The position numbers and the translations under genes are program-made. A DNA stretch of 64,000 bases from Lama glama (Eukaryota), in the NCBI GenBank assembly GCA_028534125.1, contig CM052818.1, positions 17,176,001 to 17,240,000 on the forward strand, read 5' to 3'. Shown one piece after another: positions 22,864-36,500 of the stretch. The notes under the pieces were generated by a model, which saw only the letters and a program-made list of their open reading frames with translations, made no database searches and was not told the DNA's origin. Every line of letters starts with the position of its first letter. Position 1 is the first letter of the stretch.

Positions 22864-25800
22864 TAAGGCCGTAAAACCTGCTTATGGGAGGCGGAAGGGG
22901 GCGGGAAAAGCCTCAACAAGCTCCACTTGCGCTGGAAAAACAGACTTTGTTTTCGCCCAATTAAAATTCCACAGCTAGCCTTTAGAATAACGCGTGCTTT
23001 GGAGTGTGGCTCCATTTCGTGATATAGACAGGGATTTCGTGTAGAAGTGTGCAAACTAGGGGCCGCTTACTCCCTTCCCCACCAGAACTCGGCTGAAGAT
23101 GATCAGAAATGGGCAGGAGTCTGTAATCTGTCTCTGAGAAGAGGAATTCCACGCAGGTGACCTTGTTCAGGTTGTTTCGTGACACTGCCACGTTCTCAGA
23201 GGGTTGCGTGTCTCTCCCGGCTGGAACAGTTCTGCTTTCATCTTTATTTCCCAGCTGCTCGTGTTCCTTCCCCTCTGGCTGTTACGTACGAGCTGCAGCA
23301 CGCCGTGGAAGGGACAGCATTAAACTCGCCCTCTGCGGTGATTTCCTAGCACAGCGGTACCTGCCTCCATTGTGGCACCTTTGAGTCCTGCCCCCTTTAG
23401 AGAGAGAAAGGATTGGTGTAATTCTCCTGACCTGCCTTCTCTTGTTCCTGTATTTGCCAAATGTGTTATGTTTGTGAATGCATATTGGAAGGAGGGATGT
23501 GTATCGACTCCCTACTAGATACTAAATAGATTTAAATGAGGTTATTTCATGTCATAATTGCAATTAGCCAGGGATTTGAACTGAGGTCAGTCTTGCTCAT
23601 TTATTCATGTAGTTCAAGAAGAAAGAGAGGAAGGATCGTCTTTGGCCCCCATCTTCCATGGGTCCCTGTCTTTAAGGCATTACTTAAGTTTATCCTGCGA
23701 ACGGAGGAAAATACACTTCCTGGGGGAAAGATGCACGGTTCCTAGGTGCACAGGATACAGTGCCCTCAGGTGGCCACTTAGCAAAACTACCCAGAAGGCT
23801 CCCCCTGGGTCAGCCCAGGCAGAGCTCTGCCCTTTGTTCTCCCTCTCTCACCCCCAAGTCCTTGCCCCCACGGGCTCTGAGCCAGCTCTCCCTCCGTCCT
23901 GCCACCTTGTCTCGCCCCTTCTTACCACCCTGTCCAGGATCTGATCGTCAGCCTTCCTCAAACCCCTTCCTTAAATCTTACCTCGAAAGCAAGCACCTGC
24001 TGTTGTTTATTCTGCTCCCAGGCCACTAAGAGTTCCCCTAGTCAGAGAGAACCCAGCCGGGGACTTCCATTCAAATAGATTCGCCTTATCAGCAGAGATC
24101 TGAAGATAAACAGCATTCTTGCTCTTTTCCTCTTGGTCCCATGCCAGTGTCTGCTATGCAGCTACCCACCCTCTCCAGTCCTGGGTATACCTCTGTCCGT
24201 CAGTGTGGCTATGTGACAAGTCATTGCTGCGCAACTTCAGTTTAACACACACCCGAGCTTTGTGTACTCAGCCAGGTGGCATCTGATGGCCTGCTTGCCT
24301 TGCCCAGGTAATTTACTCAAATAAGAAACTTCCAGAGAAAGGTCTGACTTTGAGCATAGCCTTAAAGCAGGAGATGGCATTGAACAGGGAGGTGGCATTG
24401 AGCAAGTTCCTGTTGTCTGTTGGTTAGAGTCTCCTTATTAGATTTTTTTTTTTTTTTTGGTAAGGGAAAGAGATTTACTCACATTACTTCAGTTAATGGG
24501 AGATTATTTTAAGGACCTATTAGAAAGTAAGAGAGATAAGACATCCTTTCAGTGAGTCCACACAGAGAATAAGAACTGTGTTCTCATAGTCACACTGGGA
24601 TCTCGAGAGTGGATATGAGAGCCCCCTGCGCCCCAATTCAGGGCTCCACCACTGAGCCTCTCTCTGCTGCGTCTCCTCCCACTGAGATAATTTTTCTCTC
24701 CTCTCCTTATGCTTCCTGGGCTCTCCTAGTCTTAGCTCCCGCCTCATGGCTTCTCCCTACAGCTTCTGTTCCTGTGCGCATGTCCACTCCTGTCTCCTCT
24801 TTTTCACCTCGCTTTCACGTGCCCCCAAAGACATGCTCTTACACGGTGAGGGGACCTGTCTAGAGCACAATGTCGTGGGCTTTTGCCCTGCTGCTTGGGG
24901 TCAGGCTCACTTCCTCAGACCACCACACGGTGGCGGTAGACTTGCGGTAGACTTGCGTGCCGTAAAACGTGAACTTCTAACGTCATCCCTGGGAAGGAGG
25001 CTGTGGGCTGGCAGGCTGTCTGTAGATTCTCAGGAGGGAGCAGGGTAATGTGCTTATTCAGAGGGCCCTCAGTGTCATGGCAGAAGTGAAGACAGGAGAC
25101 AGAAGGAGCTTTAAGCAGGAGAGTGGAGTTCATGGTGCTTTAGAATCATTCCTTTGACTTCGGTGCAGAGGAGAGGGGAGGAAAGAGACGGCTTTGGAGG
25201 CAACTGTCATAGTACAGAACAGAGACAGTCAGGCTCGGCACACATGAAAGAAAGACTTGACATCTTTGTTACACCGTTTCCCACACAGGAACTGAAAGAC
25301 AATTAGAGGTATGAAGCTGCTGTTTCTCTCCTGACGTGTCCTTTGGATCCCCAGGCTTTACCGAATCAGTCTCAATCTAGTCTCTGTACTGTAATGCCTT
25401 TGTCAGTTTGTTTTAACCCCACTCCCGGCGAGACATCCTTCCCTTCCTGTGCCCAGGCGCCTTGGACCTGCTTGAAGGTTTTCCTTCTGCCTCTTTGTAA
25501 CCCTTCCATGACTGTTGCAGAGTTCAAGTTCTTTATTCCATACCAGCATCACTGTCTTTTTTCTTTCTTTTTTATTTCTTCACCCATTGTACTTGTTTTG
25601 AAATTTCTTATACATTGGGCAGAGTGTTTCCAGGTTTAGTTTTTTGTTCAACTCCCACCAACTCTGATGTTTGAAATTTCTCCTCCCACTGTTAGGATCT
25701 TGGGGACTTAGAGCTTGACATGATCTTGGAGACACGTCGGTCTGACGCATTCCTTTTACAGATGAGAGACCCATGCTCAGGAGAAACTGACCAACACAGC

Positions 25801-26737
25801 CGGGTAGATACGAGTGCTCTAGGTCCGGTCTTCTAATTCCCAGCTTAACACTTTTCCCCATAAATCAGGGAAAACAACTTTTATTGCCGAAATCAACCTC
25901 AGGTGACTGCCAGTGACAGCCTGGAACCACATGCTGAAAAGCAATGCGAGGCCTTCTGTGGACTCCCTGGAGACACCAATTCATAGAGTCAGCTAGAGGC
26001 GCCAGTTGGAGACTGGCAACACGGGATCACCCATTAGCTGTTTATTTCTGGTGCAGCTTTAAGGAGCTCAGTCCTTCCCATTTGTAGTTGCTTTGGGGCA
26101 GGTGAGATAGGCGCTTAAAGCTCTGATGCAGGTTCCTGCTCACCCTCGGCACTGGCTGAGCTGTGATAGCCACAGGCCTTGACTTGTGTGCTTGGAATAT
26201 CTGTGAGGAGGTCCTATCCCAGGAGAAACAGCTTCCCTCTCCTCCTGCAGTGAAACGTGGGCTCCCAGAGATATGAATCCAGTGCTCATGTGCCTTTTGG
26301 ACAGGGTGCCAGGATCCCAAGTTCCAGTGGGACTGTGATTAGACAAGATGAGCCCGTCCAGCTGGTGCCAGTCCTCCTCCGTGGAATGGGGAGGATTCAG
26401 ACCAGGCTCCTGTAGGTCTATAAGGGACAGAGAGGCCCAGCTGACATCAAGTCATGTGACAGTTGCCCATTATAAATCATCATGTACAAGTGAGTATTGC
26501 TGTTATTTTCAGGCAGTGGTTTCATTTAGTTAGGGTTGGGTAATAATACAACTCTAGCCCTCTCTTACTGTGACTCACAGGAAAACTAGCTTCTACGCTT
26601 GAACCTGAACAATTCATCTTGAGCCACAGGTCGAAATGGGAATAGACTGGGAAACTGGGGTGGGCATGGTACAGTCACTGCTACTGTGGAGATGCCTCAG
26701 AGCCAATTCTGCCATCTTCACTCATGTAGGAAAGCCC

Positions 26738-27385
26738 TTTTTTTTTTTTTAAATTGAAGTACAGTCAGTTACAATGTGTCAATTTCTGGTGTACAGCATA
26801 ATGTCCCAGTCATGCGTATACATACATGAATTTGTTTTCATACTCTTTTTCATTAAAGGTTATCACAAGATACTGAATATAGTTCCCTGTGCTATTCAGA
26901 AGAAATTTGTTTTTTATCTATTTTTATATGTAAAGGTTAATATTTGCAAATCTCAAACTCCCAAATTTATCCCTTCCCATCCCCTTTCTCCTGGTAACCA
27001 TAAGATTGTTTACTCTGTCAGCAAGTCTGTTTCTGTTTTGTAGGTGAATTCATTAGTGTTCTCTTTTTTTCTTTTTTAAGATTCCACATATAAGTGATAT
27101 ATGATTTTTTTTCTTTCTCTTTCTTGCTTACTTCACTTAGAATGGTGCTCTCCAGGTCCATCCATGTTGCTGCAATGGCATTATTTTATTTTTACGGCTA
27201 AGTAGTATTCCACTATATAAATATACCACAGCTTCTTTATCCAGTCATCTGTTGATGGACATTTAGGTTGTTTCCATGTCTTGGTATTGTAAATAGTGCT
27301 GCTGTGAACATTGGGGTGCAGGTGTCTTTTGGAATTAGAGTTCCTTCCAGATACATGCCCAGGAGCGGGGCTGCTGGATCATATG
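26738..27385 (-). mobile_element. Camelid-like L1 3' end with poly(A) (T13 on plus)
   Basis: T-run at 26738-26750, then aaattgaagtacagtcagttacaatgtgtcaatttctggtgtacagca...tccatccatgttgctgca...gatggacatttaggttgtttcc...gctggatcatatg. No clear TSD. Confidence 0.9.
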
Positions 27386-28415
27386 CTGCTCTGCTGCTGT
27401 TGGCCTGTCATTTTCATGCCCTGGAGGGGCTACTTCCAGTGTCACTTCCCAGCTGCAGTAGGTCAGTCAGGCTTCCTTGTTATTGTCGCATGACTGTGGT
27501 TTTCTGGTCTGCTCTTAAAAGGGGCTCTTTCTTGGCCTTCGCAATTAATTATTGTAGTTTTTCTTAAGAGTAATGTAAGAAGCAATAAAACGTTGTAATT
27601 AAGGGTCAGGCTTTGGGGTCAGAGATGTGGGTGAAACAGCATATCTTTACCATTTATCTTCTGTGTGCCCTTTGGCAAGGTATGTTGTATTGTCTTCATC
27701 ATCATCTACTTTTCACTAAGGATTAGCTAGGAGCTTGACATGTCTTAGCTCCTTTTTTTTTTGTGACCAGCTGGTGAGGTGGCTGCACTTAAGCCCCACA
27801 TTACTTGGTAAGGCTGAAGAAGGTTAAACGTCTCACCCAAATAGTAATGCTAGTACAATTAAATAGCGATAGTAATTATTTTAACCATTTCTGAGGGCTC
27901 ATCACATCCCATGCACTCTTGCAAATGTTTTACTCGTAAGTTCTCATTTAATTCTCACAGCAGTGCACAGGATCAGCCAGTGTATTCTTTGAAGCTTGTG
28001 TCTGTAAGGAAGGGGGCCTGTGAGGCTCACCTGGATATGACAGGCAGTGGCAATATTTAGGCCGTTTTCACATAACTGCCCTGGCACAGGACAGCCCAGA
28101 TGATGTCCCCAGGCTCCCTAGAGGTTGGTTATTAACATTCCTCACCCAGGCCCTGAGAGTTCTGCCCCAGTACCCCCTCCCCGTCCCCACCCCGAACCCA
28201 CCTCAACACACACACTGTTCAGCTCTCTCCACTGGTTCCCCCTTGGAGTTCAGGGACTATAAAAAAAGACTTCTTTAAGCACTTTAAGGTCCTGTACTAA
28301 TGCCCTATGTCTATTACACAGCAATTCTGTAGCCTTCAAGTACGGAAAACATGAAACGAGTCCTCCAGGAGACTTGAGAGCCTCCTCACTTGGCTTGGGG
28401 CTAGAATGTAGTTCC

Positions 28416-28431
28416 CCTGTAGGGGGCAGTG
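28416..28431 (+). promoter_or_regulatory. CTCF-like motif
   Basis: CCTGTAGGGGGCAGTG versus consensus CCASYAGRKGGCRS; one mismatch. Motif match only. Confidence 0.5.
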
Positions 28432-30054
28432 CAGCAAATGTGTTGTACCATAGGACTTACCTCAGAAATACCCTTAGACACCTGTCTTTCCAGTTTTGGA
28501 CCCTTTGATGAAGATGAAGATGTTCTTGATGTAACTCAGGGCTTCAGGGGCTGAGAAGCAGTGTTTTACTGTCTGCTTTGTGAATTTTGTATCTCGCTAT
28601 CTGCCTCAGACTCACATTATCTTGTGTCTGTTATGCTGGTGCTTCATTCAGGACTTCAGTTTTAATGCTCTTATTTTACAAGTGTGATTTCTTAATCTTT
28701 ACAACAATTAGCTGAGTGAGATGTTAGTGCTTCCGTACTACAGATGAGAAAATGGAGACTCAGGAAGGCTAAGTGAATTGCCTGGGAAGGGAATGTAAAC
28801 CCAGGTCTATAGCAATATTTAAATACCACTGTATATATTTGCCAACATATTAGGAGGGATTCTTTCTGGATATCTAGAGTGAAAGATAGTACTTATTTTA
28901 ATCTTAGGGAAAATGTCATGTAATAGAAGAAAATAGTTCTTCCTCTGCGTAAAACCTAATTCTTCAGACGCCTGCATTGCTACCTTGGGTAGTGCTGAAA
29001 ATGTCATTTCTGGCAGTTACAGAAGAACTGTGTATTTCTCCTTTCACTTTCCACGTGCTCTTTCCATCCCTGTGCCTTGTGTATAGAGCATATGCATTGT
29101 TTCTGTTTCCTTAGGCCCTGAAGTCTTCCTCAAACATTACAGCCAACAGTTTTCATTGCCTTGTGTCCTTCATAAGTATTCCGTAGGACATTTGCATTTA
29201 TAGGTGCTTAAAGCAGGCCCAGGCAACACAGTGCTTGGTTGGATGATTGGAGACTGGCCTGGCAGTCAGTTATCAGCTTGTACCAGTAAGCCACTTGCTA
29301 GTCTGTTCAACTGTTAAAACCCTCCATTTCCCTAGCCTTTTGGGAGAGTTCCCCATACCTTCCTGTCCCACTTTTTTGATCATTGCTGATAAATATTTGC
29401 ATTTCTCCTTAAGAATAATTTAAATATTGGAAGAACAAAGTATTTGGAGATGTGCCTTAGGGAATTTTATGTACTATTCCAGTGAAATTTGATGACCTGA
29501 TTGAGAATATTCCATCTTTTAAGCATAGAAGTAATTCCTTCTGTGAAAAAAAAATACAGAAAAATTCAGATACTTAAGAGAAAAAAATAAGAGTTTTATT
29601 TGACTCTATGAAGCTCATAATATTTTAGAAGCTTTTTGTCAATGACTATGAAGCTTTCCTTGTTTGCTTTGTATCACTTTGTCCTTTTAAGCTACTCAGA
29701 AAACACCGGGTGCATTTCCTTCTCTTCTTCTGTCTGTCTGAGAGCAGGTGCTGTTTCTGACCTGCATTAAACAGACCACTGTTATGAGGAAGAGCCGTTC
29801 TTTTCAGCTCATCCTGCATTTATTTTGAAATAGGAAAAGAAAATTTCTTTGAAATAAGGAAAATTGTTTTGAAAAGAAAGCAAGCCGAGTGGATATACAG
29901 AGCTCCTCAAAAAGTCTCAGGAAAGACAACAGGTTTACATGACCAGGTCCTTTTCCTGGTCCCCTGGTTATAGGTCTTTATTGATGTCCAGAATGACCAT
30001 TTCTAAACCCTTCCACCTCTCCTATTCCTGTCACTGAGAAGGTTTTGAGTAAAC

Positions 30055-30270
30055 ATAGGAGGCAGCGTGGTGCAGCAGGAAAAGAGGGAGCCCAGGACCT
30101 GGAGGCTGGGGTACCCGTGTTGTTCTCCTTGTCCTGCGGTCATTGCCTTGGGCAGGCCACTTACCTTTTCAGAAGGGTTGTTGGCTCACCTGTCAGGTGG
30201 GGATACTGACAGCTTCCCGCGTAGTGCGACGAGTTGGTATGAGAATCAAATGGAACAAGAGAGGGCAAAG
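30055..30270 (+). mobile_element. MIR SINE
   Basis: aggcagcgtggtgcag...gccttgggcaggccacttacc...ctcacctgtcaggtgggga. Confidence 0.6.
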
Positions 30271-32537
30271 CATCCTTCAACTCAATGTCCTGTGCAAGTG
30301 TGAGGGGTGACAGTACCTGTGAGACGGGCGAGCTCTTCCAGCTGCATGCAGCCCCAGAGAGGGATGCACAGTGAGTGGAAAATGAAATACAAATGGCAGC
30401 AGGATTGCTTGCTGCTACAGGATGTCTAAGGTACATAACTGGCTGCCACCTTGATGGGGAAAAAGGAAAGATAATAAAAATATCTGAGCCCTGTTTTCAC
30501 CATAAAGGTGAATTTGCCAAGCCATGAGGACAGAGTTATCTTGGCATGAATTTTTACACCTGAACTCACACCCCATCTGCCACAGTGTCACTAGCAGAGC
30601 GTGGTTTAAAAGAAGATGGATTACCACACACACCTCCATAGCAAATCCACTTCATTATTTCCCATTTATCATGCCCACAGCTTTCCCTTACAGTCTGTTG
30701 GCCAAATACACAAACAAAATCTGTCCTCCTGTTAAGTTTTTGCACCCTAGTTTAAAAAAAAATTCTCCATCTTTGGGCTATTTTATTTCAAAACTATCAG
30801 CTCAAAATAGAAATTTCAGAATGGTGAAAGCATTTTCTGTCCTGTCCCTGAATATAATGTCAATATTAACTCTCAAAGGCTCACCGCAGGGAAGCACTCA
30901 GGTCTGAACCCCAGTTTTATCGGGGTCCCTCCCCACCCCCACGCCTGTTCACACACATGTATCCGGTTTGGCCTTGAATGAATGCTGGCATCCTGCTTAT
31001 CTCTCTGTGGGAGGCAATTGAAAAGTTGCTGCCATGTCTAAAAATCAGAGTCATAAGAATTCTATCCATTTGTCAGAATTTTAATACCTAATATTTATGA
31101 TGATAGACGCAGATTGATTTTGTTCTCACAAGATTACTTGGTTAGCATGCAGGTGAGCCCCCAGTTACCCAGGGAATCTGTGTTCTCTTGCTTGGACTCC
31201 TGCTGACATTTGTTACCATTGCTTTTCTCCACTGGCCAAGTTACTCCAGAAGGTTCCTGTATTGTATAGAAGTGGAGCTGTGCAAATTGGCCACGTGCCA
31301 CCTGGAGAACGCAGTGTAAATCACTGCAGATTAAGTGAAAATTATCAATGATTCGAGAGCCCCGGGCTTGGAATCAGACCCTGCCATTTTCTGGCCTTGT
31401 AGCCCTGAACCAGAGGGTCTTCATCTGTGACGCATGTCCGTGATAACCTTTATTCCTTTTGTAGCACATCAGGGAAAAATCAAAAGAAACAGCATATGTG
31501 CAAGTGCTCGGGAAGGTGTGGGGCGCTCCACCAATGTCTGTTACTGTTACCACGATAAAGTGAGAGCTGGCTTTTCTGGCTTTTCTGGCTTTGACCATGG
31601 CAGTGCTTTTGCTTGGATTACCAAGGACTCAAAGCAGTGAGGAAGCGCTCTCTCAGTTAGGGCTCTGTACATTTAAATGTAATTGTCTCAGTGGGACTCT
31701 TAGGAAGTTCAGTCTTTTTAGTGGAAAGAACATAGGTACTGTTGGATGTGGGATCCTGCTGTGGAATCAGGAATACCTGTGGCTGGCAAGGACTTAAGGA
31801 ATAGCAGGAGACCAGAGGGACTCTAATCCCAGGAGTTCCTGAGTGGTGGCCTACAGGCTTAACGAAGGGAGACATCTGCAAACCCCGAGGGGGTGCACAC
31901 AGAGGTTAATAGCACTTGGCAAAGCATCAGGGGTCTGTGCAGTTAGCTTGGCTTTGTTCTGTGGCCACAAACAGTAAGTGCATGTCCCTCTGTGATGACA
32001 GCAGGGTGGCAGACGAGGAGCATCTGGAGAAGCAGTGTAAAGTGTCCGTACTGTGGAGTGTGCCTGTGCAGGCCACATGAGTGAGGTCATATTTGTATGT
32101 GGGGCAACGCAGAGAATGACAGAATGGCCAGAGACAGAGGGAGAGGGCCAGGATAGGCAGAAATTTAATTTCCCACAAAGATTTTGGTGCTTATTCTAAC
32201 TGCAGAAGAGACTTATGAATAGGTTCTCATTACCACACGTCGATACCCTGAACAGTTTCTGGACCTCTACCTCTCTCTACAAATAAATTCAATACATGTC
32301 GGTTGAAATTGTCCATGAATTACTCTATCAGAATGGAGAAAATGTCACTGTATTGAATTCTCTTAATGAGCTGGATGGCATCAAGAAAGGGGTCAGTAGA
32401 AGAAAAGTTTCCCACAGTTAACTTCATTCATATTTCTCAGGTGGAGGGAACCAGGGGCAGACATGAGTGACTGTACTCATAAAACCTTCACTGCGTCCCT
32501 GTGGTTTAAATGATTATTTACCAAGTGACAGCTGCTA

Positions 32538-33500
32538 ATTCATCCATTCATTCAGTGAGTCAACAAATAATTATTGAGTGCCTACTAAGTGGAAATGAGA
32601 ATAAAAAGATGCTTTGCTCCTGATCATTTCTTCAAGGAATTTATAAAATAATGGGAAGAAAAAATATCCACACAAAGGACTGGGAAAGAAATGATGACTG
32701 TCAGAAAAGAGGTTCAGAATGTTACGGTACTTCAAAATCCTCCTTGCCTGTGACTGGGGACACTCATTAACAAGGTGGAATTTGAGCCGAGTCTCTAAAA
32801 TTGGATAGGGTTTTGAAATAGAACTTTGGGAGAAGAAAGACGTTCATTCTGGGAGTCCCATGCACTACAGAGGGCCATGGAATGACACGGACGTGCTGCG
32901 TTGGAGAAATGGTGAAAAATACTATTTGGCAAAAGATTCAGATAGAGGTTAACAAATGATGTTATCCTGATTCTCCGCCGGGCAAAAGTTACTGGGGAAA
33001 AGATCGTTCAAAGCTTAGAAAAAGTTCCTGAGGGAGGATAACTCAAAATCTTGAACACTGCCAAGCTTCAAGCCTTTATTCAGAAGACAGCGGGAGGTAT
33101 TAAAGAAATCAGAACACAGTGTGGAGACTGCTATGGTGTTAATGAGGAGGTTGGATGGGGGAAGGGACACCAGATAATGGGTTATTGAGTGAAAGGGGGA
33201 CACAGGGGAAGGTAGACAAGAACTGGAAAAGGAAAGGAAGACGGAGGGACACATGTCAGAAGTGTTGGCAGACTGAGTCATCAACGTCAAACTTCTCGGC
33301 AATAATTTGAATTAAGATATGAGAGAGAGAATGGAGTTAAAAACTGATTCTGAAATTAATTCCAGTTTGGGTAGCAGGGAGACTAGAAAAGTGACTGGTA
33401 TAAAACAGGGTAGTGTAGGAGTAATTTCCCAGTGCAGGGAGGGAAGAAAGATGATGGCTTGTTTTTAGCCTGAACTTAGACAGCTAGGATAGACCTAAAG
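32538..33500 (-). mobile_element. L2 3' region remnant
   Basis: Begins with the L2 tail ttcatccattcattcagtgagtcaacaaataattattgagtgcctact. Right boundary approximate. Confidence 0.62.
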
Positions 33501-36500
33501 ATAAGGATTTACAGATATTTCCTACAGAAGCAAAAGCAGGTTAAACCCTTGATGCACCACGGAAGACTAAAGTGTACAGAAGTTAGAGGATAACTAATAA
33601 ATTAGACTGGTGACCGCTGAGCATCTCTTCAGCAAAGACTTTCTAAAATTAACCTGAGTTTTTTTTCTTAGGGATCTCAGGCAGAATATCTACTTGAATT
33701 GCCAACTTTGATTTCAGTTCTGAGTATTTGGTGCTCCCTGAACTTGGGTGTGGTTTTGGATAGTGTTTGTTCTACAATCCGATGTGTGCATTGTTATAAA
33801 ACTTTCCATTCTTCTCCTCTTAAGCTCACATGTGTTAGAGAAATGTATGAATGACTTCCCAGGCTTTTGCTTTCAGTAATTGAACATCGTTTATTTAGGC
33901 AATCACAGGGAACAGTGACATCGGCTCCCCCCCCCAAAAAAAAACCCATGAAGTAAATAAGTGAGTGTTCTCCAGGGATTATAGATTTTTCTTATATCTA
34001 ACAGGGCACACCTGTTATAAAAAGGGGTTTATCTTTAATCTGTCTCCCAAGGAAAACCTATATTAATTTATATTGCCAAGATCTGACCTGCAGATGTTCG
34101 TTTGTGGATGTGCCACAGAAGACTAAAATTATAGATAAAGATACAAATCCACAGGGCGGGGGAAGGTGTAGAGTTTGACTGTTCTGTAGGGTAAGAGAAG
34201 GCATCTTTTCTGCAGAATAACTGAGAAGCTAGCCCAGCCTGTTTGCACTTTTTCTATGAGCCAATCAGAGCAAGAATTGAGGGGAAAGTTAACATAGTCT
34301 CCAAATTTACTATCTGGGGTCCAGTCTTCTCAGAGCAAAGCCTCCAGAATTATTTCTCCAGTCCGGCCCATAGGAAAGTAAGACTGCATGTATTACTTCA
34401 GCCTTTTTTCCTAAATGCCACCCAGAAGAGATTATGGGAACCTCCTTAAGTTTCCCTAGAGTTTTAGCTCTTCAAATCAACAAAGCAGTTGTCCTTTTCA
34501 TTTGTGGTCTTTCTAATTAAAATGAAAGCTGTTTAAGGAGGCACCAGAAATACATATGAATAAACAGGAAAACTGATTCAAAGAACTAATTATACTTAGA
34601 TGCTTGCATTCTGCTGCTCTAAGGCTAGCTCACAGTCCTTGCTCTAATTGCCTTATGCTCCCTGTTTTAAGAGAAGAGAAAACCTCCCACAGCCTTCATT
34701 TATCTGATTTTGGTTGATGGCTCCCAAGCCATGCCTTCCAGCCCCAACATCCCTAAGTCCCCATTTTGTATCATCTGATCCCTCTGGGACACTCCTACTC
34801 AAATCACACATGTTTAATGGTAAACACATTTTCATCTCTTCTCTCCAGATTATTACTGTTTCAGATTCCCTCATCTCCTAGCCTGCATGGCTTATATTTT
34901 TGGACTTCTGATTATACCTTAAAAAAAAAAAAGACAATAGTTATAAATTCTGTCATGTGACTCAAGGCTTTCCTTTGACTTTTCTTATCCAACATTATTT
35001 ACCACGGCCCCTTTGAAAACTCTTCTTTTTCAGCCCAGTCTGGCCTCTTGTGCTGTTTCTTGAATGCTGTATTAATTCTGTCTTCACGGGATATTTGTGC
35101 TGGTCCCCATGTTTGGCACCAACATCCATGTCCTTACAAAGTAGTGTATCCTACACCTCCTCCTGGTCGAAATTTCCCCGATGCTCCAGTTTACCATCAA
35201 AGTCCATGAGAGTCTTTTATTTCTCTGATTTTATAAGGCACGTTTAGCCTCAGCCTTACAACCTGGCCCTTGGGCTTCATGGAATTCTTGTGTCTCAATC
35301 TGTTTATATTGAATTAGAAGATATTTATCAAGTGACCCATTTATGATAGGAGACTCAGTGCTGCTGAGATTCAAACTCAGTGTGTCAAAGAAGCCTCTCT
35401 AGCTGCTTGTTGTGTAGTGCAAGGCACGCTTCAAGGGCACAAGTGACTGTTAACTAAGTCAGAGAAACTGTTAACTAAGGCATGTACATTTGACATCTTG
35501 TCATTCTGACTATACTAGAAACAAGGGGACAGCCTGGACTTCTCACTCTTCTGTATCTCTCAGCACAGTCAACAAAGAATGAGGTCCACTATGGGTGGAC
35601 AGTCCTTACCACACACACCGACACAGCCACACTGGTGGCCATCAGGTACTGAGAACACTGGATGCCCAGTGCTCACATACGGTCTCTGTAACTCTCACAG
35701 CCTTACTGGTGGTCATTATTAACCTATTTCACCGGTGAAGAATCTGACTTTTAAAGGAGTTATGTAACTTAATGTGTCTGCACTGAGATGATCAGTAAAT
35801 GGCAGAACTGGGATTTGTAGCCAAATATAACTGAAAAGCCTGTGCACTGGTCCCTGCTCATTACTGCTCAGCTACTGGGATGTCGATACTTATGATGTCA
35901 CCTCAGGTCATTCCACAGATGACACTCTTGAGAGTGGGACCATTACATACATGTGTACACACACACACGCCAAAAGTAAGGGTTTCTTGATATTTAAAAA
36001 CAAAACAAAACTCCCCAGATGTTTGAGGTTAACTGGCTTTGTACCTCTTCTTTGTATCTTCTTGTGAAAAGGCCCTAGTTCTGTAATTTCCTTGTCAGTC
36101 GCATACATGGCCTACTTAAAGGATATAAATAGAAATCAACCACTCATAGCTTGAAGAAGGGGTAACAACATGGCTTCAAGTATGTAGGAAGCTGACTCTT
36201 CCTAGATGTCCATCCTGGCTCTTGTTCACACACTGGGACATGAAAAAGCCTATCTTCCTTTCCATACACAGGATTTTGCCTGCAAGATCCCATTAGTGCT
36301 AATGGGTCATTTTCCTCCCATCACCCCCAGGATCAAAAGGAGAAGCTGCATCTTTGATGACATGCTAATACTTCACGGGGCTCAGGCCACTCAAGGGTTT
36401 CCTTTGTTCTGTGCCTATGACAACCCACTGGGGGACTCGAGACCACTCTCTGCTATATGAAGGGTTTATAAAGACTGCATTAAGTGGTGCTAAGTGCAGC

